Made by a program: the position numbers and the translations under genes. Source: Convolutriloba macropyga (taxonomy: Eukaryota). Taken from it: DNA of 64,000 nucleotides. Below the pieces are notes generated by a model. The model was given only the letters and a program-made list of their open reading frames with translations. It was not told the DNA's origin and searched no databases. The stretch is from the NCBI RefSeq assembly GCF_964194025.1, contig NC_134470.1:64046001-64110000 (forward strand). Reading direction: 5' to 3'. Shown piece after piece: positions 26,389 to 38,299 of the stretch (position 1 is its first letter; each line of letters begins with the position of its first letter).

Positions 26389-27960
26389 CTACACAATTTT
26401 TGCTAATATGAAAGTAACTACAAATGCATAGTGAGAGGCAAACTCCAAATTAGCCCACACAGAAAAGGTGTGATCAAAATTATATCCTACATTTGACACG
26501 TCACTGTTATCAAAGGGAGCACCAAGGTATATAAGGTGGAACACATTAAACATAGTGAAGCAGAAATTAGCAAAGATCACTAGAATATTTCCAGATTTGT
26601 ATTGATGTTGGCAAGTTTTAGAGCATGGGGAGCTTTGTATGCAGGCTGAGAAAGTCCTGGCGAGCCTATTCCGCAACATGTACTCCGCATAACTTACGAA
26701 TCCGATTGTGAGCAAAACAGCCGACACTTGAAACTTCGCACCATGAAGTAAGGAAGACATAAGGTACACTCCAAAGACAGCTTTGAAAACTCCGTAAGGC
26801 TTCAATTCGTGGAAAACGTATGTTTTGAACCATTCATTCATATACAGATTCCAGTTATTAGCTATAGACCCCATTGATCTGGGAAGTTCCACTTTAGCTG
26901 GATTGACAAAATGAACCGGTACATACTTAAAATGATGTTCTTTTTTGTCTTCGTCCTGGGCATTGCCTCGTTCGTCCGAAATCGAGAACCCAGCAACTGT
27001 TGCCGACATCGAAGCAATATACTGTACAAAATAATGACTTGTCCTGAAACTTTGTGCAACGAAGAACGCCTTCAGCCATTTATTGGCTCCAGGTCCGAGA
27101 ACGAAATTTGTAAAACAGCTTGAGTAAAGCAGCGAAAAAGATGAAAATAGTGCGAATTTGATCGCGTCTCTCATTATGTTTGCAAAGCACTTGAGTGGCA
27201 ACTTCAAAAACGAATTTTGATACATGGTGAAATTAACCCAAGGACCAAATATAACTGTAGCAGGGTGAAACAAATAGCCCATAATCGAATCCAGACTGGG
27301 TTCCGTTTGCAAACGACCCGATGAAAGGTCAAACTCCAGGGATAAGATCTTCATACAAAGAACAATTTGAGGTCCCATTACTTGATGCCACGTTTTTGCA
27401 TCAACGAAGAAGTTACAATACGACAGAAATAGAAAGTAAACAGCTGTGATTATGTATGACCGCTTTTTGTAATCAACATTATCAAACAAAATACACACGG
27501 ATGTATATCCCAAAATAGCTGTGAGCATATAAAACACAGCCGCGCTGGTGTAATAATACAAAACAAAAACCCCAGCAACGACATTTGCGACATTAATTAC
27601 AAACTTATTATTCAGATATTGCGATATAATTCTGCACAAGAGAGATATAAGCAAAATAGGGATAATTATTTGCACGGAGCTTGTGAATACAGGTTTTATA
27701 CATTGGTCGATAACTCCCGGAAAATTGTCAAATAGAACAAAAATCCGGTCATCAAATTCGGGAGCACCGGCTTCGGCTGCTGAAACCAACTGTTCAAACA
27801 GTTCCGGATTGGTTTGCTCCAATTCTTCTAAAAATTCTGGAGTCAGCTGTTCGAGGAAATCAGGGGGTAAATTTTGGAGCATGTTTTCGTCAAAGTATTC
27901 GTTTTGGAAATCTCCATACTCGCCGCCTTCTCCCATGTCAAAATCGTCATAATACTCCAT
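26389..27960 (-). CDS. PORCN: Porcupine, Wnt O-palmitoleoyltransferase (MBOAT), 523 aa, single coding exon
   Basis: Multi-pass hydrophobic protein with GPQIVLCMKILSL, IFGPW, VELPRSM, WNLYMNEWFKTYVF, SSLLHG (catalytic His) and the C-x3-C-x3-C-x-H zinc motif CIQSSPCSKTCQH; ATG at 27960, TTTTCAG acceptor at 27980-27979. Confidence 0.95.
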   Translation of the reverse strand: MEYYDDFDMGEGGEYGDFQNEYFDENMLQNLPPDFLEQLTPEFLEELEQTNPELFEQLVSAAEAGAPEFDDRIFVLFDNFPGVIDQCIKPVFTSSVQIIIPILLISLLCRIISQYLNNKFVINVANVVAGVFVLYYYTSAAVFYMLTAILGYTSVCILFDNVDYKKRSYIITAVYFLFLSYCNFFVDAKTWHQVMGPQIVLCMKILSLEFDLSSGRLQTEPSLDSIMGYLFHPATVIFGPWVNFTMYQNSFLKLPLKCFANIMRDAIKFALFSSFSLLYSSCFTNFVLGPGANKWLKAFFVAQSFRTSHYFVQYIASMSATVAGFSISDERGNAQDEDKKEHHFKYVPVHFVNPAKVELPRSMGSIANNWNLYMNEWFKTYVFHELKPYGVFKAVFGVYLMSSLLHGAKFQVSAVLLTIGFVSYAEYMLRNRLARTFSACIQSSPCSKTCQHQYKSGNILVIFANFCFTMFNVFHLIYLGAPFDNSDVSNVGYNFDHTFSVWANLEFASHYAFVVTFILAKIV

Positions 27961-30900
27961 AATAAAAACATTCACAATCTGAAAACAAAGCCAATTAGCT
28001 TCGAACCAATTGCTCTCAAACGATAGACGGGGCTTGGTGGTACTATAGCTTGCTTCAGCCAGGAGAGAGGGGTCATCGCTTGCTTTAGCGATGGAAAATA
28101 TCTTCCCTAAGGGGCTTTACATGATCATATTAGAGCATATTAGAGTTATCGGCCGTTTAACGTTTAATAGTTAGTTACCGCCAATTGAGTTCAACTGCAT
28201 AAAATTAAGAATGAGAGAGAAGCTTTATTACCGCAACACTCAAAAGTCTCTAGTCAATCGGAACGCCAAAATGGTCAAGCGTAAATTTTTCAAAACAAAC
28301 AGCCGGAATATTTCCGGAAGAGAATCGAAGTGGGAAGCTGGCCACACTTTTATAAGGGTCACGGACTTAAAAACTATCAAATTACAGTCAGAATACAAAA
28401 AGAATTCTACTTCAATCTTTTCTTCAACCAAAAAATTACTTCGGCAAAATATTTTAGGAAATTATATCTTGGCCATCTACATCGTGTTTTGTAGAACTAC
28501 GAAAGTTGCACAACATTGGAAACAAAATCATCTATTTTCCATTATCGTTTCTTTTGTCTTGGAGCATAATTTCTACAAAAATTGGTAAGAATTTCCATCT
28601 GTAGTTCTGTGTCTTTTTACAAAAAAAATTTCTGGAAATAAAACTTTTTTACAAAAATAATGGACTTCTGTGTCGGACAGGTGTGGAAACCATAGTTTTC
28701 CACATTGCAAAAAAACAATTACTAGGAACTAAGACAAACAATAAACAAAAAGTCACTCAGTATTGAAATATATTCCCTCTCAAGTTCCCAGACAATGCGA
28801 TCTAAAGGCTATTCAGTTCCCAAGATACTGAATAAATTAGAACCAGATACCTTGCCGAGAAAAACGAGAAAAGAAAACATTTGTAATTTCATTCAAATTA
28901 AGAATGTTTCTTCCAACAATTCACCTAAAGATCTGTACTAAAAACTCAAAACGTTTATATCTGGGAATGTTTCTTTTCCACGGTCCAGAACCAGATATTG
29001 ATCAGGTTAATAAACAAAGGAATCCCAAAAATAAAAACTGAAACAACGATTTTAAGGATTTTGAAATTGAAACTATTTTTAGGGATTTATGGATTCTCTT
29101 TGTTCTAACCATCTGTTCAGTGTCTAGTTTAGATCTTTATCTTTATCTAGACCTTCATCTCAGCATCTTAAAGTAGTAAAAAATGACGTTGTGGTTTGAA
29201 ATAAAAATTATCATACTACAGTACAAAATTGCTAGATGTTAACAAAATTGAGAAAATAAGAACATCGTCAAAGCAGTCAATGTTTTCTTGAAAACTTTGT
29301 TAACCTTTTGAAGTTATGTCTGACAAAAACAAAAGTTCATATTAGTAAATATTGGCCTGCACTTGATTTTAAAAACGCGTTACAATCGCCATAGAACCAA
29401 AAACTATATAACAATTATGATAAATCGCATATTAACTAACCGAAATTGGTTAAAAAAAAAAACTGGAAAACACCTGCAAAAATTTTATTGCACCTGCTTT
29501 GCTCGCTATATCTTAAAATGTGCCATGCACAAAAACAGTCCCTCTTCCACCAACTTTTCCACAAACACTCTTCGAAGCGAAAAAAGGCACACATGACAAC
29601 TTCTTTTAATACATAAGTTTGTATACCTGAAACTGAAACCAAACGTTAGAAAAGGTGATCTGAAATAGCATCAAGTATCGGCAAAATCAATTTTCAACAG
29701 GAAACAACGCACACCATTCTGTAAAAAGCAGCGGTTATATTTTACAAGATTCTTTTGAAACGCAAACAAAAATGTTGGCAAATTGCAATAAGTTTCAGAC
29801 AGGTTAAGACTACGACCGTTCCCGGCCAATTTGGAGAGCTTTTATATTAAAGCTCATCAAACATCTCTTTATTGTTTTAAACTGACTTAATATCCCAATA
29901 CTTGATGCAAATAAGATGTTAGTTTTGTAGCATTTGAACTTCATAAGTACATGGACATAGTTCTGTTAAGCTTACCAAATGTATAACACGCGTCTAGCCT
30001 GCACGAGGCGCTGCGCGAACAACATCCTGAACATTTCCAAACTATACGAACTCAGACCAAATTGGTAATTTTTGATGCATACGAAGATAAAACTTTCAGC
30101 CTTTCAACTAAATATATACCCGCAAACAACAAAAGAGCAAACGCATCATATATTTTAAATTGAAATTCTTGAAACAATCTTGCATGTCTTTAGTTGACTC
30201 TATTGTGCCTGTGTCTTCTATCAAAAGTAGCCGTACAAAACTGAGGTCAAGCAAAATCTGCTCAACGTTCTGCAAATTTCATACTATGTCAGTTGCTGGC
30301 TTAGTGCTATACTGCAGCCAACTAGAATTGCCGGAGAAAATCACTAATTATCTAAGATTCTACTTGGGCTTCAAAGTAACTGGGGCTAATTGACAGAGAA
30401 TCCTTGAAGTTAACAGCTTAAACAGTTAACGCTTAAACTGACATCAGAATGAATGACTAAATTTTAGCAGAAATCCTGAGTCGAGAAGCGCTCAAAACAA
30501 ACCCTACGCTGTAAAAAGACAAAAAAACATATCGGAAGAATTCCGGAAACGACTCGAAGTCATGCCCCCCTAAAGACCTGGCTTTTCAAGCAGCTAATAT
30601 CTCTTTGTAGAACGCATCAATATAGAGAGAACAACAGTCTTAAGTAAGTCAAACAAAAAAAGAATTCGCCAAAGTAGATTAACATTTTTAAAAAATTCAT
30701 TTTTCATACAGTACAAATAAACATACAACCGACAAACGTTGTTTCAGGCTGTGACACCTAGTAATCCAACTACAAACCAACAGATAAAAGTAAATGAGCT
30801 CACAAACGCATCCAGTTTCGAAAAGGAGAATGAGAAAATGAAAAAAATTGTTTAAAATTTTCCAATTTATTGTCAGCTGCAAAATGAAGCACGTGAACAA

Positions 30901-31239
30901 TAAAATTCTTTCGTTCAGCAACAACTTTTGACACCTACATTTCTCGTTCTCTTTCAAAAGAAGATATCAACAAAAAACCACTCTTTTCTCCGTCCTTCGA
31001 TTTTGATTACTAAAATAATTTTTGAAAACTTTGTACTCCTTGACCTTCCGGTTTCTTTGCTCGCTCAATTATAAAAAAAAGCAGAAACCCATAACGCCTC
31101 TGCCAGTCGTAAAAAGAATTTCTCCAATACTTCTCTTCGAAATTTGGAAAAACGAGACATAACCAATATAACCCAAATTCTTTGGATAGCAAAAACATTT
31201 CCTGCTCTCAAAAAAGTCGTCTCAAATATCAAAAAAATG

Positions 31240-31640
31240 ATGAACTAATGAAAAAAAGCAAATAATAACTTTAAAAAATCGAGAAATTGAAACGCATTAT
31301 TAGGCTCTCAAAAACACTGTGGTATAAATTTCAGAGGTTCAAGTCTCAAAACAGCATCAAGTAAAAATTATTTCTACAAAAAACTAAACTACAACGGAAA
31401 AATCTGGTCTAATTGTACAAAAAAAACGGCTAAAAACGGTTATATATTCGCCATTACATCAAAAAATATATTCAAAGTCGAAAAGTCATCCACTGCACGT
31501 GGCACATGATCAAAAAAACTGCTCCCGCTGAGACATAATTAGTTCACACGGCAATTTTACTCACTTTCACGTTTAGGTCAAAACGCCGTCTGAACGAATA
31601 GTAATTCCGGTGAAAAAAAACCTTAAGAAAACCAATACAC
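31240..31640 (+). repeat. Dispersed repeat; second copy at ~35220-35647
   Basis: Shared blocks AAAACGGCTAAAAACGGTTAT, TTAGTTCACAC, TTTAGGTCAAAAC, CGTCTGAACGAATAGTA, CCTTAAGAAAACCAATAC. Confidence 0.8.
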
Positions 31641-32833
31641 CAATACACGAAGTATAGAGCAATCAAACGTTTGACGCATGAAACATAAACTATGTTAAGG
31701 AAACTTTGTTAAAAATTCCACTTCTAAAAAACTTCTTAATAAGCACTTTTTTTAATTTTATCTTAAATTATTTTATCGCTCTTAATTTGCCAAGATCTTT
31801 TAACACATCGTTAATTTAATGCAAATTTAAACCTTCTCAATACGTGCTGTTTATTCATCTATAATTCATAACATTGGATTGTCTTTAAACTGTATTTTGT
31901 TAAAATGTTCGGTATTTTGTAGTTCATACTCAAAGGAATTAAAAATTCGTCTCTTTGAAAAACGTCTCAGAAATCAATTTCATTATTTTTGCTGAAATTT
32001 TTTGTTATGAATCGTAACGGCTTGGCTGCCATGCCAAATGTTGACAGTTTTAGAAAAACCATTGCACCAAATAAAGAAACATTGAACAAAAGACCGCATT
32101 TTTCTTTTCGCCAAGGATCGGCAAAGCGGCTTAAAATAAATAAATTTTAATTTCCAGTTGCCTCCTCGAACTTTTTGAACTATTGCGTCAAACGAATGCA
32201 TCAAACTACTGAATCAAAATTAGAAGTTGAAAGATTTTTTCGTGGAGATCACAAATCAATTTGCTATTTTAACTGGTGAGGTTGAACCAACGAACCAGAG
32301 GTTGATTTGTTAAAATGACATACACATTTGTTACCAAGTTCAATTACCAGTGTTAGTTTATAGAGCGAACAAGAAATAAGTGCTTTTAGGCAACGATTTA
32401 CACATCGCAGCTCGGATACAAACACGTTTGCACTCCAGCTCTATCGCTTGTTACTCCTGAATTTGCAAAAAATTTTGTTAGAATTAGTGATATTTTCCAA
32501 AACGTTGAAAAATACTTTGCCGTAAAATATCGATAGATCACATTTGTCAACATAGCCACCGTGTTATACCTCCATCCATCATTTCGCAAAATCGGAATGA
32601 AACATTCCACCTATTCTGCACGCAAATATGCGGTTAAAAAGATACAATTAACTCAAAGCAGACTGCAATATAACATATTGGAAAAAAGTAATTTGGAAAA
32701 AGTTTGAAACGGTCAAGTTTTTCAGCGAATTTTTAATGCACTGTGAGAATGCTTCAGAAGACATACGTCAAACACGGGCCTCGAGAATAAACCTTCGCAA
32801 ACAAACAATTTGAAACTAGGAAGCCATCTAATG

Positions 32834-33166
32834 CTATCTCTTTTTGAATCCATATTTCTTCCGCTCGTAGAATAAATCAGTTTTTGCACTTCCGAGATTG
32901 ATAATTTTTGGACATCCATCTCTGTCCTTCTCCAAAATAGTGCACTCTTTACAGTAATATGCGTCACTAACACCAGGACCTCCACAGATGGTGCATCGGC
33001 CCTGATATGAACCATAATTGCATTCATCACAGATTCTGACAAGAGTACATGGACGAACGTAGCTGTCACATATTACACACCTCCCATCGCATTTGTCACA
33101 CAGTCTGCCAATGGCAACACCAGGCTGTTTCCGGCAGAAGATTAGATCAGGATGATGCTTCGCCAT
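32834..33166 (-). CDS. PHF5A: PHD finger-like domain-containing protein 5A (SF3b14b/Rds3), 110 aa, single coding exon
   Basis: [58 protein letters not shown]...[14 protein letters not shown], near identical to known PHF5A; TTTTTCAG acceptor 6 nt before the ATG. Confidence 0.98.
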   Translation of the reverse strand: MAKHHPDLIFCRKQPGVAIGRLCDKCDGRCVICDSYVRPCTLVRICDECNYGSYQGRCTICGGPGVSDAYYCKECTILEKDRDGCPKIINLGSAKTDLFYERKKYGFKKR

Positions 33167-33349
33167 ATCTATCTGAAAAAGATACAAAACTATTATAGCA
33201 ATCTTGGAGGTATAACACCAACATATTTCATCTTGAGGTTGAATACAATGCTTGTTACTAATCTAATTTTTTCAGCATAATTTAAAGGGATCCAATTATG
33301 TGTCCAGATAAAGAAATAAATAATTAGCCATTTAGCTGGTCCTGAGTTT

Positions 33350-36300
33350 TCACCACCCCCTACAAGGTGTGAGAACCTGAGAAACTTTGTTAAACGTTTC
33401 GCCTTCATACACGTAATACTGGCCGTGCATTGCAGCCGTAGCGCAAGAATGCCAAGGATATACTTCCAGTTCTTTACCAATTGGAAACTCCTGGAAATCT
33501 AACTCGGATCCATCGTTCGTTGTTACAATTCCAACTTCCTGAAACTCAGCAAAAATTAATTGACCAAAACCTACGAAACAAAGAATGGTGGCCAGCTAAT
33601 GACTTAAAAGAAGTAAAATAATTGAGACACAGACTATTAACGGCCAATTCTATTTGGTTGAAGTCAATCCTCTTCACGCGAAAAGGTTGCTCTTCAAAGC
33701 TAAACATAGCTGGCAGATTGCCAGAAAATAGCCGCAATAGATTCGCAGATCGGTAGTCTAAAAAAACAGTAAAAAAGACAGACCAAAAAAATTCGTCTTT
33801 TCATTGAAGGTTGATCTGTTATATTTTGATTAAAAATCTGTATAAGTTATTGCTGCCTCTATTAGCTGCTCTCTAATAACATTCAATTAGAGTGACACAC
33901 ACCCATTTGACCTTATCTCTTTGAATTAAAGTAAATAAAAGTCGATTTCAAAGTGAGGAAGTCATTTTTGAGAGTGAGGTAAGTCAAGTGTGACCAAAAA
34001 TTTAATCACGCGCATGAACAAAAAAATTCGCTCCACTAAGAGCGAAAAATGACGTCACACATGCAATTCAGTTGAAATTGCATGAACGAATGAACAAAAA
34101 GCCTGACAAAACTGACAGGGCCATCAATTGCCCTCAGATAATTATTGATTCTAATCTCAAACAGATCGCGAAAGCAAACGGCAGATAAAAACTTTTCAAA
34201 AAAGACAGGAAAGTCAAAATTATTCAAAAAAGAGTGCTCAAACTTAAGAATCAGAGAACCACTACAATTAGATTTCTAATCACGGCAATTGAGACAAAAA
34301 TAATACATGCTTCTTCCTTGTTGTATATATGCTAGACAACATGATCTCATACTAATTCAAAAATTAAATTAATCATAGAAAAACAAAAGCAACAATAATA
34401 TTCAAAGGCAAAAAATCGTCTAAAAACAATACCAAGCCCGGAAGAAAATTGCAATGAATAGTAATAAGTAGAAATGTTGGAATTGACTTTCTAGCAAACT
34501 CCCAGTACTGCCTTATTTTGAATTAAATCAATTGCAAACCGAAGAAACCAAGATCTAAGAAAAAGCTGAATTCATTCAATTTTTTAACAACTGAAAAAAT
34601 CAATATAACGAATATAAAAGTAGGTGCCAGGACAAAACTAGAATGATACAAACGAGAATGTGAAGAATATGGACACAATGTTAGGAACACCGTAACAAAA
34701 AGACCAATTCTTGATTTTTGAAAGTTAAAAATCAAATTTAAAAAAATCAAGAAAAACGAGTACATTTCATTGATCAGCATTCGAGACATAGAAAAGACAA
34801 CGAGTCATTCGAGACAAAAATCCAACTTGCTGAAGAGAATAAAACAAGAAAAAGCAGAATTCAGACATGCAAAACAATGAAACATTTTGCAAAAAAGTGG
34901 TCAAAAAATATTTAAGACTGCATTTATGAAAAAAAATTATCTGTTTTTTCAAAAACTTAACACCAAAAAATGATTGAATTTTTATTGAAACAAAATTAAA
35001 GTCCCTCGTGTTCCCCAAAATACTATTTTTGTAATTAAAAGCAAAATACAAACAAAAAAACTGAAAAAAATTGGCAAAAAAACTACGAAAATCGGATTAG
35101 CAAATGCACAATTTTATGAAACAAAATTACATCGAGGTAGAAAGAGGCATTGAGTATATGAATTATCAAAGAGAAGTTGCCATATTAACTGATTTTTGAC
35201 AAAAACAGCTAAAAGATCCAAAAATGAAGAAATTAATAGAAAAAAGCCAAAACTTAACTAAAAAATCAAGAAATATGTGCCAATTTTGCATTTGAAACGC
35301 AATCTCAGGCTATGCAAAATACTGTGCTATCAATTTCCGGGGTTTATATTTCTTCAACATAGCATCGATTAAAAATTATTTCTACAAAAAACCAAATTAC
35401 AAGCAAAAAAACTAGGCCACTTAGACGAAAAAACGGCTAAAAACGGTTATCTATATGTGCCATTCAGTCAAAAACTACTTTTCAATGTCAAAAAGTCATT
35501 CACTAAACGCAGCGCATGATCAAAAAACTTCTCTCGCTCAGAAAAAATTAGTTCACACTGCAATTTTACTCGCTTTCGCTTTTAGGTCAAAACATCGTCT
35601 GAACGAATAGTACTTCCGGTAAAAAAAAACCTTAAGAAAACCAATACTCCTCTTCGAGTCGTAAAAAAACCAAGAGAAGGCCAATAATAGCCCCAGCTAT
35701 CGCTGTGCGGCTATTAAACAAAAAGATAAATTCATTTTACGACTCTTGGCAACTCGTGGCTGTCTTAGAAGTCTGCTGACCTTGGTCTGAATTGACGGAG
35801 ACCAAAATGATAAACGCAGTTTTTACAGTCTGTCCCATAAAGTTGAAATAACCGAACGTTCGAAAAACTCTAAAACATGAAATTGAGAAAGCCACTTCTT
35901 CCTGGAATTCCATATTATCGGCTTTTTCTAGGTTTTAAATTTGAACTTCGTTCACTAATTTTCGAAATGTTTGCTTATTTCAACTTTATGAAAAACGCTA
36001 TAGCTTATATAAGAACGAAATCTGGTTCAACCAACATTTGCTTTTCATTTACTGCCCAATCATTGTTTCACTCAATGGTCCTCTTTCGAAATAGAAATAC
36101 TCAGGGATCAATCGTCATCTTACTTGAGACATCTTGAGTAGCTTCAGATGAGGGTAGTCTTTGAATCGAGCATAACCATATTTCTGGTAGTATTCGGAAT
36201 TATTAGGCGTTTCTCCCGATAGACCTTCCCATCCACAATCAATCACCATAGTGTTTCTGTCCCAGTAATTCGCAATAACACGGGTCAGAACAGTACCGGA

Positions 36301-37083
36301 GATATGTTCTATCTTGCAAGAACTTAACATAAACTGCTGAGCGTCGTAAAAGACGTAGTTTCCAGGGTGTACCTCATCAACGCCATCGAAGAGATCCTTT
36401 TCGTGAATACTGCAAGACGGCGTGGATCCGATCGACAGAACACTGTTATTAATATTCAACTTTTTCAATTCACTCTTCAAAGCCTTCAAGGCGTTGATAG
36501 ACTGTTTAATTACACGAATTGAGTCAACTTGAGTTTTGGAATGATAAGAACTACCGCAATGCATGTAAAGACCTAGATAATTTATGTTGGATGACGCAGC
36601 AACTTTTTGGATAAACTTTAACGTGGCAGGATCCAAAGCCATCAAGCCTGTCCGCTTATACAAATGGTCAATTTCAACGAGCACATTCCACTTGCCTTCT
36701 CCTGAAGGCGGTTCCTTTTGCAGTGCTCTTAAAATAGTTTCATTTTCAAGGAGCAAAGTAAACTTTATCGCTTTCTGTGTTAGGGCAGCACACTGCGGAA
36801 TTTTATCTGGAGTTATGTGATATGCATAGATAATTTCGTCAAACGGTGGATCTGTAGAGAGCACAAACATTTCTGCTTCGGAAAGGGTAGACACCACAAC
36901 TCTGCGTTTTTCGTTACAATCTGTCATCATCTTTCCCAGTTCAAGAGTTTTATGTGTTTTCATGTGAGGAACTAAATGGATATTCTGACCACGGAAAAAT
37001 TTTGCCATTCTTTTACAATTATCTTCCGTTTTCGCTTTACTTATGATGAAACATGGCGTTCGTATTTCTTTACGAGATAGCAT
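33350..37083 (-). CDS. DSD1: D-serine dehydratase / D-threonine aldolase family (PLP fold type III, Zn-dependent), 382 aa; exons 37083-36124 and 33538-33350
   Basis: TPCF, PHMKTHKT (PLP lysine), RTG, HCGSSY, SIGSTPS, EVHPGNYVFYD in exon 1; phase-0 donor CAA|GTAAGA; exon 2 after TTTCAG reads EVGIVTTNDGSELDFQEFPIGKELEVYPWHSCATAAMHGQYYVYEGETFNKVSQVLTPCRGW* with the HSC zinc ligands. Confidence 0.9.
33701..35718 (+). mobile_element. Second, longer copy of the Helentron-type non-autonomous element, in the DSD1 intron
   Basis: 5' AACATAGCTGGCAGATTGCCAGAAAATAGCCGCAATAG, internal AGTGAGGTAAGTCA (also at ~6365), 3' ATAGCCCCAGCTATCGCTGTGCGGCTATTAAA. Confidence 0.55.
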
Positions 37084-38299
37084 TGCGCAATAAATTAACT
37101 TTCAGCAAAATGTTCAATTGAGGCAATGAGTTCACTCAAACATAACTTCACCTGGTAAATCATTTAAGCTGATTCTGTTGAAGATCTTTGAGGATAAAAG
37201 TTTGATACAAATCTTTGAGCTTGATGAAAGTCTGCATACAAATTTATTTAAAATGGAAATACGATCCACCCAATAGACGGAACCGTTAGTCCCCACTATA
37301 AAACACAGAGCAGCATATGAAAAACTACAAAAACGCATTGTGTACTGCTAGGCTGCGCCAGAGGGTTGAATTAATACTATATTAATTAGGTTTGAAGCCA
37401 TCTCTCCCGCACAACACTACAGGTACAATGAACCTCCGTTACACGTTTAGAACCACTGCAGCCTCTAAGACAGCTGTAGAGTAATTGTCAATTAAAAATT
37501 GATTAAAAAAACAGATGTTTTCGAACATTGCGTTAATCGTCAGGTTTAAAAACTAGATGAAATCATTTACAAAGTATATAAACTTCTCTTTGACTCTAAC
37601 TCTAAGAACAACATTTTATTTACACTTAATACACTAACCAATTGAATTTTTATTCCGGAATTTTTGAAAATCCCGGGTATAATGCTTTCTATTCCTGAAG
37701 GGATTTTGACGTTCATTCTTATCTGTTTTTATTTTTTACATGTTGGGATTTACAAAATTTCGAATTAACATGTATCTTTTTTGAATTTCAAAAGTTAAAT
37801 TTTTGGCTTTCGAACTAATACTTCATTGTCAATTCCTGCCCCGGTACTCATCGCGCGTATTTAATTGCGGTTTCAGCTTCTATGGTCATTAGTTTTTCAA
37901 CTGTGCTGCGTAGGAGAGCAAAACCGTTCTCCGTGAGTAGTTAATATTGCGTGCCAGCAGGTGTCGTCTTTTCTCCGTGTTAATTTTGTTTCTAATTGGT
38001 TTACAGTGCGTTTTGCAGATAACCAAGCGTCTCCCATACAGGAAAACACAAGCGAAACATATTTAATTTCCAAAAAAGTGTAACATTTAAGAATTTTAGT
38101 GCCTCCTAATATCTGTAGGCTTTCATGTGGGCATAACCTTGCGGACGTGTTTAATTTTTTACGTCGAAGAAAACTCTGCGGAATAACGACACTCACAAGC
38201 CCATTTGCTATGGCTTCAAGTCGAGATCGAGTTGATGGGCGAAAATTTCTCCCTTCTATCAACTAAGTGGTGACTCAACTTGGACATATAGGATAAGTC

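Noticed and set aside
27740-27960. Acidic N-terminal extension of PORCN as a novel domain
   Set aside because: Low-complexity; hydrophilic N-terminal extensions are known in invertebrate Porcupine, and the resemblance to UBM/STI1 motifs is too weak.
32722-33480. ORFs 32722-33069 and 33193-33480
   Set aside because: Alternative-frame overlaps of PHF5A and DSD1 exon 2.
33350-37083. Horizontal transfer or bacterial contamination origin of the D-serine dehydratase
   Set aside because: It has a canonical spliceosomal intron and the family is known in fungi and animals; no sequence evidence for transfer.
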